Below are positions 16,834 through 26,143 of a DNA stretch of 64,000 nt, piece by piece. The notes under the pieces are model-generated. The model saw only the letters and a program-made list of their open reading frames with translations, was not told where the DNA came from and ran no database searches. Position 1 is the stretch's first letter, and each line of letters starts with the position of its first letter. The stretch comes from Phycisphaeraceae bacterium (GTDB lineage Bacteria; Planctomycetota; Phycisphaerae; Phycisphaerales; Phycisphaeraceae): positions 4,192,001 to 4,256,000 of the forward strand of contig OY771506.1 in the NCBI GenBank assembly GCA_963674705.1, given 5' to 3'. Both the position numbers and the translations under genes were made by a program.

Positions 16834-19251
16834 ATGTCTTTTCAGTATTTTGATAATTCAACTGCCTCCAGCAATCACATACCCTGGCGAGGCCTGGAAG
16901 AACTCGAACCCCGCCTGCTGCTCAGCGCCGATTCTGTAAGCGCTACTGCTGATGAAGTGCTGGCGGCGTCAACGCTTAGCCAGGATATCAGTGTCGTCCC
17001 GTTACTAGATGGCGAGACAGTCTCTTGGGGCAACAACTTGCTGAACCGTTTCGGGGGCGTGACGAACCTTACGTATAACGCCGCGGTTTCGCATACCACA
17101 GACGCCTCGCTTGTCCATTCCGGCGACGGCGCAATGCTCATGAATGTCGGCGTCGCGACCGGAAGCTTTGGGTTTGCCATCACAGCGCTCGGCGGAACAG
17201 AACTCAATTCATCCTACACTGATACACGGGACCTGACCGCATACGAATCGGTGCGCCTGTACATACGCAACCGTACGGGGGCCGACTTCACTTTCCGCTT
17301 CGAAGTAAAAGACTACCGCGACGATAACGCACACCGTGCCAGCCAATCCTTTGTTATCGATGCAACGGACCAGTGGGTTGAAATCAACATCTCTCTGGAT
17401 TTGTCCGATCCTGCATGGAGCATCGTAGGCTCGCCTGACTTCAGCCGGGCGCGTCAGTTCGCTTTACTCGTGCAGGCAGACCAGGGGCAAGCCGTCTATG
17501 GCAATATCGCTTTTGACGATATTTCTCTGATCGAGCCGGGCGGCGTGCTCGACCCCGCTACCGCGCCGCTGGAAGACCTTGTCGCACGTCTTGCAGAGCG
17601 TCAGTTCCGCGCAATGTGGGGCGCACGTGATCCGCAGACCGGTGCGCTGGAAACCAATTCGCCCAACGGCCGTCTATTAGCGATGAACACCACCGGCACG
17701 CTCGTCAAGTTGCTGCCCGGGGCGATAGAGCGTGGGTGGATCACACAAGCTGAAGGCGATGCGTTTGTCCAGACGTTGTTGAATACGCTCAATACGACCA
17801 TGGATAACGTCCAGGCCGCCGGTGATGGAGGATACCTGCCACCGCGGTATATCGATCGCGCGACATTTACCGCAGCTTCTCCCTACGAAGAATCCAGCAT
17901 CGATGCGGCGTTCATGTTCCTGGCCTTGTATCAGTACAAATCACAAGCGGGCATCTCATCGACGTTGCAGGCCAATGTCGAGGCGATGCTCGATCGGTTC
18001 AACTTCGCAGCGTTCAGTTCCTCCAACGGCTGGCGGATGGCGTGGTTTGAAAATACCCACACCTTCACCGGCGCGACATACAGCGGCTACGGCGGTGAAA
18101 ACTGGGTGATTTCACTGGCGGCACACCTGTCGACAACCCATCATGTCGACATCACCACGCACTATAACGCAAACATTGATCGCACTAAGACGTACCTGGT
18201 CAATGCCGAAAACTACCACCTGATCCACAGCAGTGAGTTATACCGTCCGCCGTTCGTGCAATGGCTATTTGACCTGTTTGTCGACACGAATGATCGCGGA
18301 TGGGATTCCTATCCGAATATCTGGGTACGCGGCAATCCGTTCGACAACGCGGTTCTTTATCAAAAGGACGTTGACGACTACTTCGAATCGATCGGCAGGG
18401 GCCTGTTCTTACAGCCGGATGCCGGTTCGAGCGGCTCGCAATATCAGCAATTCAGCGCCTATGCAAATTACGGCGAGCCATACGTTTTCATGCCCTGGTC
18501 CGTGGCGTTCAGCCTGCTGGGTGATCCGCAGGGAGCGGAAGCTTCGCTGCGCAATTCACTGATGCACAACCTGCAAGGTCCGTTCGGTCTGAGCGATTCC
18601 GCGATCTGGGCGACCGGCGCCGCAGAACCCACCAGCTACCCGGCTGCGAATGACCTGTGGAACACGTCCCTGTCCACGATGGCGTTGATGGAATATCTCT
18701 ACGACGATAACCAGGCCTTCACCGAGCTGCCCGAAGTCGTCGCTGCGCTGGATGCGGTATTCCCCGGCACCATCATCGATGGTGATTTGAATAAAGACGG
18801 GTACGTCGGCCTCGACGATCTGGATATCGTGCTGGAAAACTGGAACCAGACCGTTGCACCGGGCAGCTACTACTCCGGCGATCCGACCGGCGATGGTTAC
18901 GTCGGCCTGGATGACCTGGACTTTGTCCTGAACAACTGGAATGCAGGCACGCCACCGGCTGCCGAAGTTGAAGAAGTCGCTGATGAGATCGTCGCAGCAT
19001 CTGTCACGACTATGACAAGCATAACCTCCGCATCAAGCAATCAGCTTGCAAGGAACAGCGATACACCTGATGCGTCGAATGATTCAGCTAATGCAGATGC
19101 ATCGGTTGCCTTATGGCAGCAGAAGCAGGCCCAATCGAGCGCTAAACAGCGATTCATGTTCAGTACCACGTCACATAACTCGGGGCTATTGGATAACTCA
19201 ATAGGCCTGCCATCACTCGGTTTGTGGGAGCCGGGTGACGAGTATGGATGA
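16834..19251 (+). CDS. LEPR-xLL protein with a CBM-like domain, a divergent glucoamylase/SGL-clan domain and a dockerin-like domain
   Basis: LEELEPRLLLS planctomycete N-terminal motif; beta-sandwich ending IAFDDISL; GAIERGWIT, EESSIDAAF and GPFGLSDS resemble the neighbouring PF10091-like domains; no PEP-CTERM. Confidence 0.65.
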   Translation: MSFQYFDNSTASSNHIPWRGLEELEPRLLLSADSVSATADEVLAASTLSQDISVVPLLDGETVSWGNNLLNRFGGVTNLTYNAAVSHTTDASLVHSGDGAMLMNVGVATGSFGFAITALGGTELNSSYTDTRDLTAYESVRLYIRNRTGADFTFRFEVKDYRDDNAHRASQSFVIDATDQWVEINISLDLSDPAWSIVGSPDFSRARQFALLVQADQGQAVYGNIAFDDISLIEPGGVLDPATAPLEDLVARLAERQFRAMWGARDPQTGALETNSPNGRLLAMNTTGTLVKLLPGAIERGWITQAEGDAFVQTLLNTLNTTMDNVQAAGDGGYLPPRYIDRATFTAASPYEESSIDAAFMFLALYQYKSQAGISSTLQANVEAMLDRFNFAAFSSSNGWRMAWFENTHTFTGATYSGYGGENWVISLAAHLSTTHHVDITTHYNANIDRTKTYLVNAENYHLIHSSELYRPPFVQWLFDLFVDTNDRGWDSYPNIWVRGNPFDNAVLYQKDVDDYFESIGRGLFLQPDAGSSGSQYQQFSAYANYGEPYVFMPWSVAFSLLGDPQGAEASLRNSLMHNLQGPFGLSDSAIWATGAAEPTSYPAANDLWNTSLSTMALMEYLYDDNQAFTELPEVVAALDAVFPGTIIDGDLNKDGYVGLDDLDIVLENWNQTVAPGSYYSGDPTGDGYVGLDDLDFVLNNWNAGTPPAAEVEEVADEIVAASVTTMTSITSASSNQLARNSDTPDASNDSANADASVALWQQKQAQSSAKQRFMFSTTSHNSGLLDNSIGLPSLGLWEPGDEYG

Positions 19252-19337
19252 TGTGGCTACACGGTAAGACTTATATCCTGCAGGCTGGTGTCAACGACCT
19301 CCTGCTACAACCGACTGGCACAGACAGGAGATGAGCC

Positions 19338-22300
19338 ATTAAAGCGATCACACGATTACTCGTATGCCTGACGCTGTCGATTGTTATTGTTTCGACCGTG
19401 TCTGTATCTGCAGAATCCAAACCTGCTCCGGAAAGTAGTGTTTACACGCTTAACCAAAGCGATGAAGCATTTCTCGATGAATACCAACAAAGGTGCTTCC
19501 GCTTCTTCTGGGAGCAGGCGGAGCCCACGACGGGACTGGTGGCCGATCGCGCCCCGGCGGATGGCAGCGAAAAGTTCGACGTCGCCAGCGTAGCAGCCAC
19601 AGGCTACGGCTTGGTCGCAGTCTGCATCGCCGATGAACGCGGGTGGATCGGACATGATGAAGCTTATAACCGTGTGCTGACCACTTTACGCTTCATCTGG
19701 AATGACATGCCTCACGAGCATGGATTCTATTACCACTTCGTGAATCACAAAACAGGCGAACGCTCGTGGAATTGCGAGCTTTCTTCGGTAGATACCGGAC
19801 TTCTGCTCGGCGGCATCATGGTCGCGAAGCAGTATTACAAGGGCACTGAGGTTGAAGAACTTGCTACGAAGATCTACGAACGCGTGGACTGGCCTTGGAT
19901 GCGCGGCACACACCAGACACTGACCATGGGCTGGAACCCTGAAAACGGTTTCCTCGGCGCAACATGGGATGGCTACAGCGAACACACGATCCTCTACCTG
20001 CTCGGTATCGCATCACCAACTCACCCGCTGCCCGCCGACGCCTGGCGCATCTGGCACCGCGTGCCCATCATCAGCTATGATGAGTTCACTTTCATGGCGT
20101 GCCCGCCGTTGTTCACTCACCAGTTCTCACACGCTTTCGTGGATTACCGTAACAAGCGCGACCACATCGGCGATTACTACCTCAACTCGGTACTTGCCAC
20201 AAAAGCGCAGCAGCGCATGTGTGAACGGCTGAGCAAGCGCTTCCCGCATTACAGCAACAGGGTGTGGGGTATTTCCGCGTCAGATTATGCAGGTGGATAC
20301 ATCGCCTGGGGCGGTCCTCCTGCAACGTCTGATATTGATGGCTCTGTTGTGCCATACGCTCCGTCGGGCTCTGTGCCATTCGTGCCGGAAGAGTGCATCC
20401 CCACACTGGTACAACTGAAAAAACTATACGGCGACAAGATCTGGAAACACTACGGCTTCGTCGACGCGTTTAACCCACAAACCGACTACGTCGCAAGAGA
20501 TGTCATCGGGATCGACGTCGGCATCTCGCTGATGATGATCGAGAACTACCGAAGCGGATTTGTCTGGAAGCACTTCATGGCCAACCCCGAAGCACAAAAA
20601 GCAATGCAGATCGCGGGCTTGATATCTACAGATAAAAACCTCCCCGATGCCGACATCGAGTATCTCAGGGGTATTGCCGACGACACATGGCGATGTATCG
20701 CCGATACCGCAGATGCAAAGACAGGGCTACCCGCCGATCGCGTTGGCGGCGATGGGATCACGAGCGTTTCCAACATCGGCATCTATTTAGCCAGCACCGC
20801 AGTCGCACAGAAGATGGGTTTTATCGACCGTGAAGAGGCCGTGAAACGGATAGACAAGTGCTTGAGCAGTGTGGAGTCCTTGCCGACGACACACGGCTTT
20901 CAGCAGAGCTGGCACGATGTGAAGACGCTGGAGCCTTCCACCGCCGATCCGTGGATTTCGGTCTTGGATTCGGGCAATCTGGTCGGTGGATTGATGGCGG
21001 TATCGCAGGCACTTCCCGAATTCAGCGAACGCTGCAATAAGCTCATCAACGCGATGGACTGGGCTGCCTTTTACGACGAAGACAGCGGCCGGCTTCTGGG
21101 CGGGTACAACGTCAAGGAACAAAAGGTCAACGCCGACTGGAAGCTGGACCTGCTCGGTACCGATGCCCGCCTGGCGCAGTTCCTGGCGATCGCGACAAAC
21201 AAAGCGCCGGCTACGATGTGGGATGAACTCAAACGTGATAAGGAATCCAAGTATGGCGCCCGTTACCTGTCGCCCGGCTGGCAGGGTGGTGGACTGTTCA
21301 TGCAGTATGTCAACGGCCTGTTCCTTGATGACGCCGACACACTGATGGGCCGAAGCGCGGAAAACTTCGCCTATGCCCAGATCAGACACGCTCAAGAAAA
21401 TGACTACCCCGTCTGGGGCTGGTCCGCGAGCGCTTCGCCTGATGGCAAAGCGTATCTTGGGTGGGGCGGTCTGGTGGATGAAGTCGTTGCACCCCATGCC
21501 TGTGTGTTAGCGATCGATTCATTCCCCACTGAGGTTGTCAGCAATCTAAAGAAACTCGAGGCCATGGGCGCCCGCCCAGGCAGCATGGGTTTTGTTGACT
21601 CAGTCAATATCGAAACCGGTCAGTTGTCGGATCAATACCTCGTCTGGGATCAGGGGATGCTGCTGCTGGCGCTCGCCAATTATCTTGAAGATGACATTGT
21701 CCGCCGATGGGTATCAGCAAACGCGATAGCCAGCCACGGCTACGAACAGATCGCCGACTATCAGGATCGTTCATTTGGCGATAACAACAGTGTGTATAAC
21801 CTTGAACGCGCGATGCCAAGCCAGATGCTCTATGCGAGCTGGAACCGAAACAATCGCACCGCCAGGGTTACGCCGTTTAAACATGGCTGGGAACAAGCTG
21901 ATTGGCATCAATTGACAGTCGACGACAGTCTTGAAACCGGTCAACCTACTTCAGACAACACTGTCTCCGCACGCTTTGCATACGCCTGGGACTACAAGGC
22001 GCTGCACATCGTCGTTTTTGTCGATGATGCCCATGTCCATGATGCGGACAATAATGTGAGTCTGTTCGATCGCGATTGCATCGAGATTTTTCTTGATCCT
22101 GATAACGATGGCTTGACGTGGAAGAGCAGGGAAGATTTTCAATTCGGTCTGGCAGTCCCGGACCGTGTGATCGAAGCATTCGGCAACCGTCATGCTGGTG
22201 TTACCCGAGAGATCAAGCGGGTTGATAGTGGCTACGAAGCACGCATTGCGATCCCCTGGCGTCTATTAGGCGTCAAGCCAACCGCCGGCTTGAAGATGGG

Positions 22301-22415
22301 TGCTAGTGTCGCGGTAAAGAGTGTGGACGAGCAGGGCACAAATCCCGTCAAGTTGAATTGGCAATACCAACCCCAGGATGGGCAAGTGAAGTTGGGAGAA
22401 CTCGCTCTGGAATGA
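19338..22415 (+). CDS. Secreted protein with two tandem glucoamylase-like (PF10091/DUF3131, SGL-clan) domains and a C-terminal CBM9-like domain; probable beta-1,2-glucanase
   Basis: Domain 1: FRFFWEQAEPTTGLVADR, ERGWI, HGFYYHF, ELSSVDT, PLFTHQFSH, YGFVDAFN, IGID.G. Domain 2: TW..TGLPADR, TSVSNIG, DSGNL, WGWSAS. Tail: AWDYKALHI..VDD..DCIEIFLD..GYEARIAIPW. Start inferred at ATT 19338 (ORF track gives GTG 19398). Confidence 0.8.
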   Translation: MKAITRLLVCLTLSIVIVSTVSVSAESKPAPESSVYTLNQSDEAFLDEYQQRCFRFFWEQAEPTTGLVADRAPADGSEKFDVASVAATGYGLVAVCIADERGWIGHDEAYNRVLTTLRFIWNDMPHEHGFYYHFVNHKTGERSWNCELSSVDTGLLLGGIMVAKQYYKGTEVEELATKIYERVDWPWMRGTHQTLTMGWNPENGFLGATWDGYSEHTILYLLGIASPTHPLPADAWRIWHRVPIISYDEFTFMACPPLFTHQFSHAFVDYRNKRDHIGDYYLNSVLATKAQQRMCERLSKRFPHYSNRVWGISASDYAGGYIAWGGPPATSDIDGSVVPYAPSGSVPFVPEECIPTLVQLKKLYGDKIWKHYGFVDAFNPQTDYVARDVIGIDVGISLMMIENYRSGFVWKHFMANPEAQKAMQIAGLISTDKNLPDADIEYLRGIADDTWRCIADTADAKTGLPADRVGGDGITSVSNIGIYLASTAVAQKMGFIDREEAVKRIDKCLSSVESLPTTHGFQQSWHDVKTLEPSTADPWISVLDSGNLVGGLMAVSQALPEFSERCNKLINAMDWAAFYDEDSGRLLGGYNVKEQKVNADWKLDLLGTDARLAQFLAIATNKAPATMWDELKRDKESKYGARYLSPGWQGGGLFMQYVNGLFLDDADTLMGRSAENFAYAQIRHAQENDYPVWGWSASASPDGKAYLGWGGLVDEVVAPHACVLAIDSFPTEVVSNLKKLEAMGARPGSMGFVDSVNIETGQLSDQYLVWDQGMLLLALANYLEDDIVRRWVSANAIASHGYEQIADYQDRSFGDNNSVYNLERAMPSQMLYASWNRNNRTARVTPFKHGWEQADWHQLTVDDSLETGQPTSDNTVSARFAYAWDYKALHIVVFVDDAHVHDADNNVSLFDRDCIEIFLDPDNDGLTWKSREDFQFGLAVPDRVIEAFGNRHAGVTREIKRVDSGYEARIAIPWRLLGVKPTAGLKMGASVAVKSVDEQGTNPVKLNWQYQPQDGQVKLGELALE

Positions 22416-23869
22416 GTATGTCGAGCCGATTATCCAGTCTATTTAGCGCGAGTATACGCTTGCATGCTGTTCTATGGCTGTGTGCTGTAACCACATTACT
22501 GGCGAGCTGTGGCGAGCAGCAAGCAGACCATACCCCCGACGGCCGAGTGATCGTCTATTACTGGGAGAAGTGGACCGGCTTCGAGGCGGATGCGATGCGC
22601 GCCGTCGTCGACGACTTCAACGCATCGCAGGAAGACGTCTTTGTCAAGATGCTTGCAGTCAGCGGTGTCGATCAGAAACTGCTATTGGCGGCGGCAGGCG
22701 GTAATCCACCGGATGTGGCGGGCGTTTGGACGCATACCATCAGCGTGTTTGCTGAAAAAGGAGCGCTAACCCCATTGGATGGTTATGCCGCGTCTTCAGG
22801 GATCAGCCGTGACGACTACATCCCCGCCATCTACGATCAATGCACACACCGCGATCATCTATGGGCGCTACCGACGACGCCGGCAACCATCGCACTGCAT
22901 TGGAACAAATCGCTTTTCGAAGAAGCGGGGCTGGACCCCGACACACCGCCACGCGATATCGAAGAGTTCGAACGATACGTCGAACGTCTCACGATTGTCG
23001 AACAAGTCCGTGACGGCAAACTTCAGAAGTTACGCTACGACGAACTGACCGATGCCGAAAAGCAGGCCAAGGACTTCAACATCATCCAGCTCGGTCACAA
23101 TCCACGGATACCCGGCTGGTGGCTCGAACTATGGGGCTTCTGGTTCGACGGCCAAATGTGGGACGGCGACAGGCAGATCACCATCCAATCACCTGAAAAC
23201 GTAGAAGCCTACGAGTGGTTCAGAAGCTATCCGCAGCGTTTCGGCCGACGTAATCTGGATACGTTCGGCGCATCCTTCGGCAACTTCGCATCGCCACAGG
23301 ATCCATTTCTTTCGGGCCAGGTAGCGATGGTGATCCAGGGCGAGTGGATGTACAACTTCATCGATCAATACGCCCCGCAGATGCGCTGGGGCGCTGCGCC
23401 CTTCCCGGCAGCACAATTTCAGACCGATGCGCCCGTGACCGTGCTCGAATCAGATGTGCTTGTCATACCGCGCGGTGCAAAGCACCCCGATGAGGCATTC
23501 GAGTTCATCACGTATGTAAACAGCCAAAAGGCGATCGAAAAACTGAATATCGGGCAACGCAAGTTCAGCCCGCTTGCGGAAGTTAGTAACGACTTCTTTG
23601 CCAAACACCCGAACAAGCACATCAAAGTATTCATCGATCTGGCGTCCAGTCCGCGCGCTCATGCCTGGCCCACGCTGCCGATTTGGAACGAGTACCGTGA
23701 TGAGATACGTATCGCGACCGACAGAATCTATGCGGGCGATGTCACAACACAACAGGCACTGACGGATGTCTACGATCGCGCGCAGTTGAAACTCGATCGT
23801 GCGATGCACCGATGGGACATGGTTGCCGAATCACGACTAGCAGAGTGGGGGAGCTATGACCAGAGGTGA
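22412..23869 (+). CDS. Carbohydrate ABC transporter substrate-binding lipoprotein
   Basis: ATGA overlap with the upstream stop; lipobox LLASC; AAGGNPPDV, WNKSLFEEAGLDP, FLSGQVAMVIQGEW. Confidence 0.92.
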   Translation: MSMSSRLSSLFSASIRLHAVLWLCAVTTLLASCGEQQADHTPDGRVIVYYWEKWTGFEADAMRAVVDDFNASQEDVFVKMLAVSGVDQKLLLAAAGGNPPDVAGVWTHTISVFAEKGALTPLDGYAASSGISRDDYIPAIYDQCTHRDHLWALPTTPATIALHWNKSLFEEAGLDPDTPPRDIEEFERYVERLTIVEQVRDGKLQKLRYDELTDAEKQAKDFNIIQLGHNPRIPGWWLELWGFWFDGQMWDGDRQITIQSPENVEAYEWFRSYPQRFGRRNLDTFGASFGNFASPQDPFLSGQVAMVIQGEWMYNFIDQYAPQMRWGAAPFPAAQFQTDAPVTVLESDVLVIPRGAKHPDEAFEFITYVNSQKAIEKLNIGQRKFSPLAEVSNDFFAKHPNKHIKVFIDLASSPRAHAWPTLPIWNEYRDEIRIATDRIYAGDVTTQQALTDVYDRAQLKLDRAMHRWDMVAESRLAEWGSYDQR

Positions 23870-24743
23870 ACGCCACAACCTGTACAAGGGCCTCGCCTTT
23901 ATCAGCCCGTGGATCATCGGTTTTGCCTTGTTCGGGCTGTACCCCATCTTCGCATCACTGTATTACTCGTTCTGCGACTACGATGTACTCAACGAGCCTG
24001 TATTCGTCGGCACGTTAAATTACCAGGACATGGTTTACGATGTTGTGTTCTGGAAGTCGATCTATAACACAGCGTATTACGCTCTTTTCACTATCCCGCT
24101 TGGGATGATGCTGGCCTTGCTGATCGCGGTCGGCCTGAACCAGCAGATCGTCGCACGCTCTGCCTTGCGCACCGTTTACTTCCTCCCATCCATCGTCCCC
24201 CTGGTCGGCGTGGCAATGATCTGGCTTTGGATATTCAACGGCGAATACGGCCTGATCAATTACGCGCTGGGCTGGTTCGGCATACCCGATCCCGGCTGGC
24301 TCACCGATGAGCACTGGGTCAAACCGACGCTCGTACTCTCAGGCGTCTGGCAGATCGGCGGCACGATCGTGCTCTTCCTCGCCGCGCTGCAGGATGTGCC
24401 CAAAGCACTCTATGAATCGGCGCAGATAGACGGCGCATCAGCCCCCGTACAGTTCCGACACATCACGGTCCCGCTGATCTCACCCGTGATCTACTTCAAC
24501 CTCGTCATGGGTATCATCGGTGCGTTGCAGGAATTCGTCAGGCCGTTCGTCATGCTCGGCGGCCCGGGGCCGAACCGTTCTGCGCTGTTCTATGTCATCA
24601 ACCTATATCAAAACGCATTCCAATACCTGAACATGGGCTACGCTTGTGCGATGGCGTGGATCTTATTCATCGTGATCATCCTGCTTACCTGGGGCGTCAC
24701 CGTGATCTCTCGCAAACATATCTATTACGGGGGCGAAGGCTGA
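23856..24743 (+). CDS. Carbohydrate ABC transporter permease (MalF/UgpA-like)
   Basis: FISPWIIGF; EAA loop LQDVPKALYESAQIDGA..FRHITVPLISP; MGYACAMAWILF. Confidence 0.95.
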   Translation: MTRGERHNLYKGLAFISPWIIGFALFGLYPIFASLYYSFCDYDVLNEPVFVGTLNYQDMVYDVVFWKSIYNTAYYALFTIPLGMMLALLIAVGLNQQIVARSALRTVYFLPSIVPLVGVAMIWLWIFNGEYGLINYALGWFGIPDPGWLTDEHWVKPTLVLSGVWQIGGTIVLFLAALQDVPKALYESAQIDGASAPVQFRHITVPLISPVIYFNLVMGIIGALQEFVRPFVMLGGPGPNRSALFYVINLYQNAFQYLNMGYACAMAWILFIVIILLTWGVTVISRKHIYYGGEG

Positions 24744-24744
24744 T

Positions 24745-26100
24745 ATGCGAGCGATCAATAAAATCCTGCTTTACATTGTCCTGCTGGGCGGGGCGACGAT
24801 TTTTGTCGTCCCCATGCTATGGATGTTGTCCACGGCCGTGAAGCCGATCGATCAGGCCATGTCCAGCCCGCCGCAGTGGATGCCATATGAATGGATATGG
24901 CAGAACAACGACGAAGAGCTATCCGTCGGCGTCGCCGAGATGCCCGAAGATGTTCAAGCGGATACGCCTGTCCAGATCGATACAGCCTACCAGTGGCGCG
25001 TGGTACTTGATGATGAACCCGTACCCGTAAGTATCAACGAGCCCATCTCCACATCATCAGACACTCTCGCCAGCATCACAGCTAATTACCATCTTTACGC
25101 CAATATCGATGGCCAATGGCTGCTGGCGAAAGCAGAGAATCCTGAATCGCTATTGACCAGCTCAGAGCCCGTCAGCATCGTTGTCATGGATAAAGAAGGC
25201 TACACCTTCCGCAAGACCGTGTCGCCCGATGATATCAAACGCACTTTCGATCTGACACAAGACGACGTCAGGATCAGCTTCGGCGAAACCCTGCAATTGG
25301 AAGTCTCCCCCGATAAGCTCAACAAGCACTACGTCAAGTGGGATGACCGCCAGGAGCTGGCGCATGTGCTCGTCGAATCGCATACCGTCGAAGCGGGCAC
25401 ATTAACAAAAAGCATCTCGCCTCGCTGGCAGAACTTTCCCAAAGCGATCACCGCGATGGGCCACTTTGGAGACTACCTGCGCAACACGCTTGTCTTGTGC
25501 GTTCTAACCGTCATCGGCACGGTTATTTCAAGCACGCTCGTCGCATATGGTTTTAGCCGAATCAACTGGCCCGGACGTGATAAAGTTTTCGTTTTCGTCC
25601 TCGCCACGATGATGATCCCGGGCCCCGTGCTGATGGTGCCGCTTTTCACGATGTTCAAAACCTTCGGCTGGATCGGCACGCTCAAACCGTTATGGATCCC
25701 GACGTTCTTTGCCGGTGCGTTCAACGTCTTCCTGCTGCGCCAGTTCTTCAAAACGATCCCCAAAGACCTGTCAGACTCGGCACGGATCGACGGCTGCAAC
25801 GAGCTGCGTATCTTCTGGCAGATTGTCGTCCCCCTCGCCAAGCCAGCCATCACCGTGGTCGCGCTCTTCCAGTTCATGGCCACGTGGAACGACTTCCTCG
25901 GCCCACTGATCTATCTGACCGACCAGAATGACTTTACCCTGGCCCTGGGACTGCAGTTCTTCCAGAGCCAGCACGGCGGCACGCAGTGGCACTACCTCAT
26001 GGCGGCGAGTGCGCTGGTCGTATTGCCCATAATCGTCCTGTTTTTCCTCGCTCAAAGAACCTTCATCGAGGGGATCTCGATGACCGGCCTCAAGGGCTAA
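24745..26100 (+). CDS. Carbohydrate ABC transporter permease (MalG/UgpE-like) with a large soluble insertion
   Basis: AYGFSR..WPGRD, FLLRQFFKTIPKDLSDSARIDGC, FMATWNDFLGPLIYL, FFLAQRTFIEGI. Confidence 0.93.
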   Translation: MRAINKILLYIVLLGGATIFVVPMLWMLSTAVKPIDQAMSSPPQWMPYEWIWQNNDEELSVGVAEMPEDVQADTPVQIDTAYQWRVVLDDEPVPVSINEPISTSSDTLASITANYHLYANIDGQWLLAKAENPESLLTSSEPVSIVVMDKEGYTFRKTVSPDDIKRTFDLTQDDVRISFGETLQLEVSPDKLNKHYVKWDDRQELAHVLVESHTVEAGTLTKSISPRWQNFPKAITAMGHFGDYLRNTLVLCVLTVIGTVISSTLVAYGFSRINWPGRDKVFVFVLATMMIPGPVLMVPLFTMFKTFGWIGTLKPLWIPTFFAGAFNVFLLRQFFKTIPKDLSDSARIDGCNELRIFWQIVVPLAKPAITVVALFQFMATWNDFLGPLIYLTDQNDFTLALGLQFFQSQHGGTQWHYLMAASALVVLPIIVLFFLAQRTFIEGISMTGLKG

Positions 26101-26143
26101 CCAGCCCCGGCCGTTTTGATGCTAACGCGGATCGGAGTATGTT

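Noticed and set aside
16935..16948. TGTAAGCGCTACTG as an additional LacI operator
   Set aside because: Only the left half matches, and it lies 100 bp inside a CDS with no nearby promoter evidence
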